This document shows, piece by piece, positions 34,339 through 48,221 of a stretch of DNA of 64,000 bases. The notes beneath the pieces were generated by a model. It was not told where the DNA came from, made no database searches, and worked only from the letters and a program-made list of their open reading frames with translations. The stretch spans positions 192,510,001 to 192,574,000 of the forward strand of contig CM097885.1 of NCBI GenBank assembly GCA_044892525.1. Reading direction: 5' to 3'. The first letter of the stretch is position 1. Each line of letters begins with the position of its first letter. The DNA comes from Schmidtea polychroa (Eukaryota). A program made the translations under genes and the position numbers.

Positions 34339-36364
34339 CTTTATATTTTTAAATGAGGATAAATTAAATTGAAATGTAGATTTTTTATTTGGAATAATTA
34401 ATCAAATTAAGTGGAAGAAAACCTTGTGTAAGGGAGTAAATCAAATTAAATATCAATTAATTTTATATTCAATTATTATATAACTAAGTATACGTGAATA
34501 TTTCTAATAATAACAAACTGTTTTTGAATTTAAATTTGAATATATAACATTAAATCCCATATTTATTTTATAACTAACACCCAATAATATCCAAATATAT
34601 AATCTAAAATAAGTGCTTTAGAAGGTTTTTAATTGATTTCTTTCAAAGAAAAGTCGTGAGAAAAAATTGTAAATATAACTTTGTCAATCTTTTTCCAAGT
34701 AATGCTACTCAAGTCGACATCAACAAATCACTGTAAAAATGATAAAATGGAATTTTTAATAAAAATAAATCACAGAATCATATAAATAAAATCAATTAAC
34801 ACAACAATTGCACTGTGTAGAATCACAATGGCAGTGGTTTCAGCTGTAATCTTCATACGCTCAGTATCAACAGAATGTATAAAGAAAGTTAACATATCAA
34901 TTACTGTAAGCATTTGTTGGTCAATTCACATAGAAAATTGTGTTTTTAAACATCCGGTTACTAATTTTAAACTGATACACATTATTCCATACTTCAACAG
35001 CAATAATGCTTATAACAAAATCGACTTTAATAATTCATTATAGCATTAATTAATTTATTAGAAATATAACCAGTGTTGCAATCGGGCTTGTATTAAAGGT
35101 TTTAGGGTCATGATCTATGCCGCAATGTCAGTATTTCAAGATTTAATAGTCCGGTTAATCTTTTGTCAAACGATAATTAAGCGATGCGCAGTTAAAAAAT
35201 CACAACGTCCGATCAATAATGCAAGGGTCGAAACGAATTAGGGTTATCTCAAAGAAGTGAGTATATCACAATCGACATTATATAGGACTTGATATAAAAT
35301 GAAATTTTTGATTAAATAAAAAAGGAATTTGTACCCTACATTAACCCACAATAGAAATCTGAAAGTAGGAATAAGAGTTCCGATAGAAGTCCACCTCAAA
35401 TAATATATTTTGAAAACGAAAATACTTGCAAAGCTGAAAGGCAATATCGAACTTCAATTTCTAACTTATTTCAAAATTGGCTTGATGCATTTTTATCTTA
35501 GACCAAAATTATAAATTTAGCTGAGTAAGTTTTCCTTTAATTTGCTGTGATTAAAATTAATCAGAATTAAATCGGAAACCTATCAATTTGTGTTTTCGAA
35601 TTGATTACTAATAATTTTATTATTATTCCACAGTTTGATAAGAACGCTATTACTCATGTAAAGCTCAATGATTTAATTTTCCAACTGCAAAAAAAATAAT
35701 GTCTTCAACAAATATTTTAATTAATTAATTAATTACGCTGCCTGGAAACCGCAATCAATGTGAAATTATTATATGTCTCTTTGAATTTTAATATATTACT
35801 TTTCCACACGTTTTTTCTCGAAAAAATGGGATTTTATAAATTTTTAATTAAGTTTCGCATTTAAATTTGTCTTCTGAATTTTAACTAATTTCCACTCGAA
35901 TTTTGTGTATTTAAATGTTTATTTGCAACCATCAACACAACACCAACACTATAAAAATACACTATTTCATAACAGAAAGTAAAATTTATCATTTAAATTG
36001 AAATAAATATTGATTTTTTATTATATTATAGAATTCGATTTAATTCGATTTTTGCACCGAAAGTGTTACTTAAATTGGTAAATAATCGATTTTTTTAATG
36101 AAAAAATTTATAGACAACTATTATTATAATGAAAACATTTCTGAAATGTGTTTATTATATTATCGAATCTTTCAACTTATATACAAATTGAATTTTTTTG
36201 GATATGTTAATTAAAATGGAAAAATTGACTATAAGCGTTATTTTATTGATCAGCACAATTGCAATTTAGTTTTCACTTTATTGATTGCGACCGTAAAAAA
36301 TGATTATACAATTTAACAGCTTTCAGCGCTTATTACAACATTTTAGATGGAAAGTGCTATTTAA

Positions 36365-36604
36365 CCCTCTCCGTATATTTGTCGAATATATTCGACATTA
36401 AAGCAAGATGTCACTTCCAGTTTCATAGGCCATTGCAAAAGTACATCGTTTTCACCGCGCATTATGAAAAAGAAAACAGAAAGATGTGTCCCTTTTCCAG
36501 CTTTGAATCCATCGGGATGAAGCTGAAGGCACATTTTGTAACCGTTTTTGTGGGAATAGAACGGGTCACTATAAATATCAGCATTATTTTTTACACGGAG
36601 AGGG
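36365..36604. mobile_element. piggyBac-type MITE
   Basis: TTAA|ccctctccgt ... acggagaggg|TTAA; internal palindrome tgtcgaatatattcgaca. Confidence 0.88.
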
Positions 36605-37167
36605 TTAAGAAATTTAGATTCACTGGGTTTTAATTTCCATCTCTCAGTTTTTTGCTTTTACTTATCAGTTTCTCCTAATATTCATAAAATTAATATTAAT
36701 ATTAATAATATTAATAAAATTTCTGCTATTTCTACATTTTACAATTTTTATTCATTCTGCTTTCGAAATACATTTAAAACATTTTCTTTTATATTGATTT
36801 TTTTTACCATGTTTATTTTAGTATTTTAGATATTTTCAACAAATTAATAAATCTTATATTATCATTAAAATTCAAAATAATCATAATCATTTGTTTCTAA
36901 TTTACAAATTAGAACACAATAACAATTTATATATTATTGATTTACTATTGTAAAATATTGTAAACCGATATCGAATTGGTTATATATAATATTGATGTTT
37001 AATTAGTATTATTTAGATCCGTTTTATATTAGCCAATGAGAATCGAACAAGTCATAATTCTAATTTAAGAGCAGAAAATAATATAAATAAATAAATGTAT
37101 GTAAATATATAAATAAACCAATCAAAATCATGATAGGTTTGACCTTAAATGATAAGTGTGCTGTTAC

Positions 37168-37349
37168 CTGGTTATTGGAAGAAAAACTATAGGCCATCAA
37201 ACTTCCTGGTGCATTCACTAAACCAATATTCAAATGTAAACCAATTTCATGTAATGATTATTACTTTGATCTGACTCTTTCAGATTCTTTATTGGAAGGA
37301 TATCGACATTTTCTTTTATTGGACTAATGTCGGGATCAATGTTATTGTA
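37168..37349 (-). CDS. Two candidate internal exons (37349-37265 and 37217-37168) split by a 47-nt intron, possibly exons 4-5 of the MEF2-type gene
   Basis: tcag|tac acceptor (phase 0), a|gtaata donor, tttag|tg acceptor (phase 1) and cag|gtaaca donor (phase 0). Spliced frame: YNNIDPDISPIKENVDILPIKNLKESDQMNAPGSLMAYSFSSNNQ. Confidence 0.45.
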
Positions 37350-38159
37350 CTGATTATGAAATGGATCATATTAATGATTGAAGCAAATGTATTTAAATGC
37401 AATACATGCAATATATATACAAGAAGCAAGTAATAAATTAGCAACCTTTGAACTGTGCCATGTTATAATCAATAAATATAAAATCTAGAGTAACAATCAT
37501 AGACTTTCACAATGTTTCAGTTTAAATATGCGACTAAAGTTAAGGTTCAATGAAATATTTACATTTCAAGCCGGTCACCGATGGAAGTGTATAAATGAAC
37601 TTTACGGAATTTGAAAAATCAATTTTTGTGCAAAGTAGATGTGCAAACGACATGTGTCATGTATATAACAGCAATATTTAGCGAGGTGACTGGGTTCTAT
37701 GAATACGGATTAAGCGTCCAATATGTTTCACGATATTGATTAGTGTTATTCAATTGTGACATATTTACAATTTTAAAGACTCCGTATTAGTTATTTAACC
37801 CAGCAGATAATATTGCACATATTCTTATTATACAACTATAGATTTTATGAGGGAAAAGAAATCAAAATAAGAAACAGTACGAAGAAGAAGCAAAAACACA
37901 AAAACGCAATTTTTTTCTCTACTTTCTTTTTTGAAATGTTAAAAGTGTTACATGTCTAAAGTTTGACACTTTAGAAAAATAATTTTGGGCTACATTTTTA
38001 AGTACAAAAATGGTCCAGTATTAAAATTACTGAAGTAAATCATTATTGTCATTATTGTCATATTTGCTCAATGATTATGATATTTTTAGAGTAACAATAG
38101 TGCAAACATCCATTCGAGTTCGTTAGCAATTAGTGAAAAATTGAGTAAAACATAAAAAT

Positions 38160-39150
38160 TTCTAATAAAAATATATAAAATAATAATGAAAATCAAATAT
38201 GATGATGAGAGAGATAAAGAGAGAAAAGGAAAGCGAGAAAGCTAAAAAGAATGAAATAGAAAAAGAAAGAGAAAAAGTAGAAAGATAGAGAATGAAAATA
38301 GAAAGAGAAAAATAGAGAGAAAGAGAAATAGAAAGATAGGGAGAGAAATAGAAAAAGAAAGGTAGAAAGAGAGAATGAAATAGAAAGATAACAATAGAAA
38401 AAGCGAGAAAGAAAGAGAAAGAGAACGCCACGATAAAGAAATAAGGAGTGAAATAGAGAAAGTAAAAGAAAGAAAAATAGTGAGAAAGAGAGAATGAAAT
38501 AGAAAAGGAAAAATAGAGAGAAAGCGAGAGAGAAAACAAGAGAGAAATAGAAAAATAGATAAATAGAAAATGAAAAAATAGAAAGATAAAAATAGAGAGA
38601 AAAAGAAATAGAAAGATAACAATATAGAGCGAGAAAGAAAGAAGAAAAGCACGATAAAGAAATAAAGAATGAAATAGAGAAAGTAGAGAAAGAAAGAAAT
38701 AGAAAGAAAAATAGCCAGAAAGAGAGAATGAAATAGAAAAGGAAAAATAGAGAGAGAAAACAAGAGAGAAAGAGAAAAATAGAGAAATAATGAAATAGAA
38801 AGAGAAAAATAGAGAAAGAGAAATAGAAAGAAACAGGTAGAAAGAGAGAATGAAATAGAAAGAGAAAGGTAGAAAGAGAATGAAATAGAAAGATAACAAT
38901 ATAGAAAGCGAGAAAGAAAGAGGAAAAGAGAGAAGGTACGATAGAGAAATAAAGAATGAAATAGAGAAAGTAGAGAGAGAAAGAAATAGAAAGAAAAATA
39001 AAGAGAAAACAAGAGAGAAAGAAAAAAATAGAGAAATAGAAAGAGAAAAACAAATAGAATTAAATAGAAAGAGAGAGAAAGCACGAGAAAGATAAAGAAT
39101 GAATGAAATAGAAAGAGAAAGCGAGAGAAAAAAAGAGATAGAAAGAGAGG
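38160..39150 (+). repeat. About 1-kb polypurine (GA/AAATAG) satellite with higher-order repeats
   Basis: Almost only A/G on the + strand; the landmark gataacaat..gcgagaaagaaag..acgata recurs at 38387, 38615 and 38892. Confidence 0.9.
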
Positions 39151-39589
39151 AGAGTGGGTAATCGGTGGTTAGAATATTTTAAAAATATATTTGTTTATAT
39201 ATTTCAGATTTAAATAGGCATTTTAAAACAGAATTTCCCGAAAAATGAGTTCTGATTTATTGAGTCTCGATTCTCAACAAGATAATATGTTAAGCTTTTT
39301 GATTTTATTGATTTTCAAAGTAGTTCAAGTGCGATATGAAATAATCAATTTTTGTGCCCTACTATCATATAAAATGCAGAAAATTCTAATTTTTTTATGT
39401 ATAAATGAATAAAATTCGGAAATTACAATGTGCTATTTATGGTAGTGCTTTCTCAAATGAATGATTGAAACCAAAGAAATTAAAAAGGGATTTGTATGGC
39501 GACATCGGCAATATGAAGTTTTACAAGAATAGAAATTAAATGAAAAATCAAAAAAACTCCACGATAAACCCAACAACAGTTACAAATAA

Positions 39590-40550
39590 ATCAATAAATT
39601 TTAATAATTATTTTATTCATTTATTTTTATTATTTTTCAATAATTATTTTTTTATTTTACTTTAATTTTATTGGTTTATTTTATTTAAAATATTTTTACT
39701 TTATTATTTTAATAAATAATTTTTTACTTATATTTTTATTTAGTTATTTTAAATATTTTATTTCATTACATTTTATTTATATTTTAATTATTTTTAATTC
39801 TTTTATTTTATATAATTTATTTTTATTTGTATGTTTTTATTTTTAAATAGTTTTATATGATATTTACATAATTATTTTACCCTGTTTATCTTTCATTTAC
39901 TTTAAAATAATAATAATTATTATTATTTATTTTATTTTATTATTTTTCAATAATTATATATTACTTAATTTTAATTACTTTAATTTTATTGGTATATTTT
40001 ATTTTAAAATATTTTTAATTATTACTTTAATAAATAATTTTTTAATTATTTTTTTACTTATATTTTTATTTAATTATTTTATTTTATTACATTTTATTTT
40101 TATTTTAATTATTTTCTATTCTTTTATTTTATATAATTTATCTTTATTTAATAATCCTAATTTAATCATTTATAATTAAATTATTTATTTAATTATTTTT
40201 ATACATTTTTATTATTTTAATTACTTATTTTATTTAAAATGTTTAACTTAATTAGTTTTCATTTAATCAATTTTTTAATTATATTTTACTAATCTTTAAT
40301 TTAATATTTTTAAATAATTAATTTTATTTTATTACTTAAATTAATTATTTTTTATTTACTAATTTTTGTTAGTTAATTTTAATAATTAGATTTTTATTTT
40401 TATATAGTTTCATATAATAATTTTTATTAATTTTATTATTTTTCAATAATTATTTTAAGATACTTAATTATTTATTATTAAAAGCTTTTACTTAATTAAT
40501 TTATTAATTGCTTTTGATTATTTATTTTTATTTAGCTTTATATAATAATT
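39590..40550. repeat. Extremely AT-rich, T-skewed tract with an about 320-bp internal duplication
   Basis: The block around taattttattgg recurs at about 39667 and 39985. Confidence 0.75.
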
Positions 40551-40551
40551 G

Positions 40552-41310
40552 TTATTGATTTTTAATAAGTATACTAACAACATCTCTCAGATGATGTTCA
40601 TCTAATACATCCAGGAATCTTTGGTCTTCTTCATCATCTGTCAAAGTACCATTTGGCTCTTCTTCCAATGAATGATGCTCATTGGAATTATTGTCATTAA
40701 TATACTGATTTTTCTGAACTTTCTTATTTATAAAATCCTATAATGTTGATAAGAAATTAAGACAGAAAAAATGAAGAAGAAAATCTCCACCAATAAAGTA
40801 TCATTATTAAAATCTTCTTCAATTTTTTCAGGTTTATTAGTTATAAAATTTTTATAAAATGAATTCTGTGGATCCGAGAATTTATAGACGAGGTTTTTGT
40901 TAATAATAATAACTGAGATACTGACTCCACACAGTCGATTCAGTTCGCTGGCTTTTTTAAATAGCCCGATTCTCCGTTTGTCAAACGTGCTCTAAATAAA
41001 AAGCTAATCAGTTTTTCACAAATGAATAACACATTATCAGCAATGATAATCACATATGATATATATATATACTTAATACTATAACAGAATTAAACTAGTA
41101 AAATAAAAATATGATATTAAAAATCAAAACTATTGAATAAATGTTATCAGAAATTTGACATTATATATATACAAATTTTAAATAATTTTAATTTAAATTA
41201 CTATTAAGATAATAAAATATTTTAATTGGTATAATTAATCGATAAATAAAACTTACAGCTCTTTTGCGGTCATCTTCTATAAAATTCATAGAAATTTTCT
41301 TTCGACCCAT
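40552..41310 (-). CDS. Mef2: Divergent MEF2-type MADS-box transcription factor; exons 41310-41257, 40991-40791 and 40737-(40579 donor or 40552 stop)
   Basis: MGRKKISMNFIEDDRKRA|STFDKRRIGLFKKASELNRLCGVSISVIIINK...DFNNDTLL|DFINKK. Phase-0 GT-AG introns (265 and 53 nt) follow codons 18 and 85, matching the MEF2 exon layout. Confidence 0.88.
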
Positions 41311-42294
41311 AGCAAAATTTATTTTATGAAAAAATTATAAATTCACAATAAAATTATACTACTTATCGTAATAATTTAAATCTGTGGGTAATTATTTAAT
41401 TATTAATATATTTAAACAAATTGTATTCCAAGTTATTCTATTTTAAATATATTGATTAGAATTCTGTTTTTAAAGTATGAATTCATTTTATAATGTATTT
41501 AAATAGTTTTCATAAGTTGTTATTTCATCTAAGTTATAAAAATTACTAAAATTTATTTGAAATATTTGTGATATGCTTTTTTAATTAATTAGTATTTTAC
41601 CATTAATAAAGATAATTTGTAGTGACAGTTTGCAATGAAGTATTTCACAATGATATTTAGTCAAATTGCTTGTTTGAATCCTTAACAATGAAAACTTAAG
41701 CGGCTCTACATGGTAGGTTCGTATAGTAGATTACGACTAACAGATGCGCCCCGAGCTATTAGGCTGCCTGCGTGCAAAATAATTTCCTGCCGCTTCCCGT
41801 TCTTTCTTATTTTTTATAATCCAAAATAAAAATAGCATTTTAATTAAAGTAAAAATTAAACTAGTTAATCTCTACCTTTTTTCGTAATGTATACCTCTAA
41901 TTTTTTGACAAGATAATGATAGATATATGAAAATTAAGCTGAAGTGCGTTCAATGACAAAATAGTCGTATTTATTTTATTTTACAAAATGAAATTTTTTT
42001 TTGCAAGTGGTTTTTATTTTAAATTTTCCGTCCTTTCAAACGGCCGTTTGCGTGCAATGCACGCGTTGCAAGCACGCTTGAAGCGCCACTGGCGACTAAC
42101 ACAAACTCGTGATTATGATTTAGGATTTATTTAACTCCAATAAAACGTAAAGCTCGAATGGCTGATTTCATAACAAATAAGTAACACAATATGTTTTAAT
42201 TTTTTTTATTAATGATATTACAAATTGTACAAGTAAAATAACTAGTGTTGGTTGCTAAAGAAAGGAGAGTGGTTATCTCAAACCGTTTTAAAGA

Positions 42295-42537
42295 GGGGTC
42301 TATAAAAAAGGCAGAAAACCAAAAGGCCAACATGGACAAAAGACCTACAATAGACAATAAAATATTGAAATTACATACATATACGATAAGTTGATTGTTT
42401 TTCCACAATATTTATTTAATTGTTATTAAATAAAATATGCTCTTTTTGTTTGCTTTTGTTTATGTCGGCCTTTTGTCTATCGGCCGATTATGTTTTCGGC
42501 ATTTTGCCTGTTGGCTTTTTTTCTCTGCAAGGATCTC
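42295..42537. mobile_element. Mutator-like MITE (gacaaaaggcc tandem units)
   Basis: Inverted arms; flanks ttttaaaga / tctttaaga (7/9 match). Confidence 0.6.
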
Positions 42538-43689
42538 TCTTTAAGAGTTATTTTTAAAAATCAAGACTGACCCCTATTTTCGCCAACAGCCCGATCTAGG
42601 GGACAACAAACAAGACGAGGATAATTTACGGTATAGTACTAACCCTAAAATCTGCCTTTTTCTTAACGATCCCTTCTGGAGGTGTACTAGGACAAAAACA
42701 GTAATAAAAAGAAATTACTGATGCTCCGATGTAAATGAATTTACTTTATTATGTAATTTAAGTAACTCGAACCAAGGAAAGAAATCCAAAGAGGAATAAA
42801 TTCCGAGATAAAAAATTCAAAATCAAAGCTAATCGAAATTAATTATATTGCTATTCAAAGCAGAAATCTGAACTGGAACCAAACCGAACACGTACACTGA
42901 GGTGAACCGAACCGAAATTTGAAAACTTAATAACCGGAACCGGAACCGGAACCAAACTTATTTATATATTATCGGCTTTTCCGGTTTTCAGAAAAATATT
43001 TTTCTTTAAATCAAAATTCTTAATAGGTATAATTTGAAGTCTAGCTGAAACGCCATATAATAATCTAGCATAATGTATAATATAGTTGATAATGGCAATA
43101 TTAATTCTTACATTGATTTTAGCAGCATTGTTTTTATATATCAGCGAAGTTAATTTTGAAAATTTTTGCTATGTTTAAAAATTCTTAAAAATAGTATTTC
43201 TAATTTTTGTAATCTATTTAGTTTTGTAATTACAATTTTATGATTTTGTTAAGATCGAAAAGCGGGGGTTACTGATCTCAACACTATGACTCCAATAAAT
43301 AAAAATAAGTATAAATATAATATATTTAATGTGGTTGGCGTATTTAATTAAATATAATTACGAATAAAGAACAAACTCCTTTCTCTTTACAAAACTTTTA
43401 TTGATAATTTACAAACAATGATTTACAACTATTGTACAGATATAAGACAATGAATTTGTTAATCCCTGCTGTTTATCTCAGCCTGCAAAAGATCGATGGC
43501 TCCTGTGTAGCACAACGATCGCAAAGTCGATGAAAGAGTTGGATAAGCAAGTGGGAAGTATTTTGGGGTACCCAGAGAATACTAAAGTAAGTTGTCACTA
43601 CTTTGTATTCGCTTAATTATTAACTACACAGGGATAATATTTTATCCCTCAAATAAATATTTTACTTCGCTTTAATTGTTTCTGCAAAC

Positions 43690-44010
43690 GTAATTTCAAT
43701 TTTCTCCAAACGTAGTTTCAGTTTTTCTCCGACCTTAGTTTCAGTTTTTCCTCTTTCTCAAATTCCTTGCTGAGTAATTTATATGAATTTTTCTTCAGAT
43801 CTAAATCTCTGATTAGATCTTCTCAATGATTCGTTAATCACGTTTATAATTAAACCAAATCTAATTTGTTATCTTCAGCGATATTTTTTAATTATCCTCA
43901 CAATGATTTAATTTGTCATATGATTCTTTTCCAATATACTATTTTTAGTTTCGGTTCTCGATTTTCTTTATTTCTAAATTATTCCGCTCTAAATTATCCG
44001 CCCCTGGTTC
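43690..44010 (-). pseudogene. Possible LTR-retrotransposon gag N-terminal remnant
   Basis: Minus strand gives repeated EKLKLR.EK coiled-coil units after an IAEDNKLDL segment; many stops. Confidence 0.3.
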
Positions 44011-45879
44011 TCGTTTTGAACCAGTATTTATAATAAATAATATTTATTTAATATATTATTAGTAATATTATAATTACTATTTATAGTATCAGTATTATTA
44101 AATATTACTATATACAACTTATTTCTATTTATAGTATTTAATTAAACCTATATTTTATTTAAGTAATTATTTATTATTTTTATTTACACTATTTTCAAAT
44201 ATAGTAATTTTTTATTGTTTTGCAATCAAGGCTCCAGGCCTATCCCTAACAATTTTAATATATAGGTTTTAATGATTTTACTATAATAATTTTTTTTATA
44301 TAATTTTGTAATAAAATAATTATGAATTCCATAAATCATTGAATAGTGACACAAATATTCTATTAAACAATTGAAATTATTTAATTTCCATATTAAAAAA
44401 TGTTAAGAGAAAATATTATTTTATCAATAACTCACATGGTTCTCATTTAAATTAAAATTTAGAACAACAATATATTTAAATAACTCTTATTTAATAAAAC
44501 TGTAAAGAATATTTTATATATTAAACAAATAAAATAAANNNNNNNNNNNNNNNNNNNNNNNNNNNNNNNNNNNNNNNNNNNNNNNNNNNNNNNNNNNNNN
44601 NNNNNNNNNNNNNNNNNNNNNNNNNNNNNNNNNNNNNNNNNNNNNNNNNNNNNNNNNNNNNNNNNNNNNNNNNNNNNNNNNNNNNNNNNNNNNNNNNNNN
44701 NNNNNNNNNNNNNNNNNNNNNNNNNNNNNNNNNNNNNNNNNNNNNNNNNNNNNNNNNNNNNNNNNNNNNNNNNNNNNNATATATTTATTATGTATTTTTG
44801 AGTGACTTTATTTTAAATTGAATATAATGAATGATGTTTGATAAATATATTTGTCTCATAATATCTTTAAAGATGGAATTGAAAAAAAATTTTTTTATAT
44901 AAATATGTCAATTATTTAATTTAAGATCGTTAATTTTATTTATGATATTCAAATTTTTATTGACTATAGATTTAAATGATTCGATCTATAATCAATAAAG
45001 AAATTTTAAATAACATAAATATATTAACCACATTAAAATATGTTACAATGAATAAATTCAACATTATTTTATTGTTTGTAAATTATTTTTTTTTATTTCT
45101 AAAAGAAAATTTGAAAGCAATATTAAAATTAAGGTAATATTTATAAAAACCTCTGCACATCAAAAATTCATGATGATAAACATTGTCATTCAACAATGAA
45201 AAAATATTATTTAAAATTATTTTTAAATGTTATTTAAATATTATTTAAATATCATTTAAAATTATTATTTAACGATAAAATAAATATCCCATTTAAAAAA
45301 CAGAAATTTAATGGTAACATCGTCATTATAGAGGAATCTGAATCTGATGACATGCCCAAAACCCTTTTTCATCAGAAAACGTTATGCTCGTATACTTTTC
45401 ATTATTTCAATTTAAAATTTATATTTAATATTAAGAATTAGTAGATGGATGTTTTCCCGCAAAACCATGTGCCCGGAAAACCACATACCCCACATAAGAC
45501 CACATTTTATTATTTTTCAAGGTCATATTTTAAAATTTAAATATTCAGAGTTCCCGCCAACCGATTTTATTATTTGATAGCTCATTCGAAAGGTATTTGA
45601 GAGGTGAGTATTTCAGACCATCTACTATGGTGGGGTTAACCTTCAAAGGGTTAAAAACCTTCGAATTTTTCAAAAATTTATAATATGTTTATCAAAGAAA
45701 AGGTATACTCTGAGTTTATTTGACAAAATATTTTGTCCCCTATGGGTACTGCTCACAAGGGTACTGGTCACACTCAACAATTCACAAGGGTATAATAATA
45801 ATAATAAATATAACAACACAAAATTTTATTAGGAGTTTGTTGGTGATGATTGCGTGCGGTTTTTCTTATGTAAGGTGGA

Positions 45880-47850
45880 GGAAATCGCTGTTACAGCTGC
45901 TCTGCCATATTACGAGATTAATGAGCAAAAGCCTATTTAAACCTTGTCTTTCGTTGAAAAGCGGGTATATAGAGATTCCATAACCTGTTAGCTTTGTAAA
46001 ATATTTATTGTAGATAGAGTTAGGGACTATTTCCACTTCTTAGGTAAATATTTAGCTGCTGCTTGTAGGATATGTAATGTGTTTCGGCGAATTCAGAGAC
46101 AGTTACATGTTGTCTTTCATAATTTGAGGGGGTATGATCTTCATCATATTTTGAAGTATGGTCCTAATAATTTTCCTTCTTGTGAATTAAATATTATTCC
46201 GACTACTACGGAAAAATTCATATCCCTCATCGCGTATATTAGCAAATTGCCTGTTCGTTTTATTGACAGCATGCAGTTTGCTAATTCATCTTTAACAAAA
46301 GCGGTTAAGATTCTTTCCGATCTGCCTTTAACTTCATCTGTTTTTGATTGCGTAATTGTTGGAGCCACATGTATCTTTCCTTATGACTTCGCCATATCTC
46401 TTGAGGTTCTGAAATCGACTCTTGAATGGCCTCCGGTCTGTGATTCTGTGTCTAATCATGAACATGCATTAGCCAAGTTATTTGGACTCAGCAAAATTGC
46501 AACAACATGTTAGATTACATGTTAACTTACCTTAAATTAGACGTATTTCTCCTCGCAGACTATTTTCAGCAATTCCGTGCAAAGGCAATTGCTTACAATG
46601 GTCTGGAGCCTCTTAATTTCTATGGAATTCCCGGTATGTCATGGGCCTCAGCGCTTATGACATTAACGGAACTCATTGAAATTTTGCAGGACATAGAAAT
46701 GTTCAATTTCTATGAAGGAGGGATGCGGGGTGGGTTAACATTTGCTAACAAATATTATGTTGCAAGTTCTGAAGATACAGAACTCTTGTACATAGATATT
46801 AACAACTTGTATGGTTGGGCCTTAAGCCAAAATATACCTTATGCTGACTTTGTATGGGTGTATGATGATTTGGATAATGTACTTTCTGAATGTGTGAATG
46901 ATGATATTGATAACCTTACATATGGGTATACTATGGAAGTTGATATCGTTATACCTGACGGTTTGCATGACTTCTTGAATGACTTAACTATTGCCCCGGA
47001 AAACATGTGTCCACTGAACTCCAAAGTTGAGAAGCTGATGCTCACGCATTGGCCAAAGAAGAACCATGTTCTTCATTGGAGGCTTATTAAACTTTATCTT
47101 TAACTCGGTGCAACGGTTGTTAAAATTTATAGAGCAGTTAAATTAGCCCAAGCACTTATATTTCGTTTTTATATCAATAGAAACATTACATTAAGAGTCC
47201 AATCAACCAATGAGTTATATAGAGATTTGTTTAGGCTTTATAACAACAGCTTATACGGGAAATCCGCTGAGAATTTAAAGAAAAGGATGAATTTGAGGCT
47301 ATGCAATTCAACTGAAAAGATGATTGTATATGCCTCAGTCAACTTTCAGGAAATCAATCAGAATTGATATGGACTTGATTGCGGCACATCTGAATAAGGA
47401 CTCTATATGTTTAGACAGACCTAGTTACATCGGTCAATCAGTACTAGATCTGTCTAAACTGAGGATCTATCAGCTTTAATATAATGAACTGGCGAAATAT
47501 AGGACAGAGTTTAATTGCGAAGTAAATATTGTTGCCGACTCCTTTTTCTTAGAGATAAAGCACTGTAAGCATGACACTCTTTTGCCGGCAATAATAAGAG
47601 ACAGCCTTATAAATACATCGAATTACGATCCTGCTCATCTTTTATATTCTAAGAGCTTGGATTCGATAATAGAAAAGTTTAAGAATGAGAGTAAATGGCT
47701 GGGCTATAGTGAGTGGGCTATCTTACGCCCGGGGGAGAGGGGTATGTGGTCTTGCGGGCACACATCCATTTACTAGAATTAAAAATTATTTTGCAAATTA
47801 AAAACTAGAAAAGGACTACACAAATCGGTACCACGGTCTACTGTTTGGAC
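45880..47850 (+). pseudogene. Polinton/adintovirus-type pPolB with an upstream endonuclease-VII-like Zn motif, decayed and 3'-truncated
   Basis: DRVRDYFHFLGKYLAAACRICN, VFHNLRGYD (exo II), FIDS, YLKLDVFLLAD (exo III), YIDINNLYG (A), NNSLYGKS (B), degenerate motif C. Confidence 0.92.
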
Positions 47851-48221
47851 AGTACTGATCTAACTTGTTATCTGATTGGTCTTTAAAATCTCGTTTCTAA
47901 TTGCTTTATTAACTTCATGCAATGACGTTTTTTTTGCGACATTAGCAAAGTAAGTTCGAATTTTCGAAATATTAAATGTGAATTTTATTATAAATTTTAA
48001 TTTCTTTTCAATATGACGCATCTACTCACATTATACAAAAAAATTAATTCTTAAAAATGACTCATATATGTTATGTAAACTGTTAACCAGATAACCTGTA
48101 ACATTAATTTTCACATTGCCTTGAAAATAAAATAATGTTTCAAAAGTGTACAAGAGAGTTCGACATGAATTTATTATGACCTACATATTTAGTGTCCGCT
48201 AGTTACGAAATTGATAGCAAG

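Noticed and set aside
34830-35250. ADAM-like fragments (IIAVEVWN, GIDHD) on the minus strand
   Set aside because: Motifs are in the wrong order and different frames, with many stops.
37185-37250. HEIG...PGSLM matrix-metalloprotease-like motif
   Set aside because: The zinc-binding histidines are missing, two stops precede it, and most of it falls in the predicted 47-nt intron.
38162-39084. Three overlapping 245-286-aa F/L/S-rich ORFs that look like membrane proteins
   Set aside because: Artefact of the pyrimidine-rich strand of the GA satellite, which rarely forms stop codons; all three frames are open.
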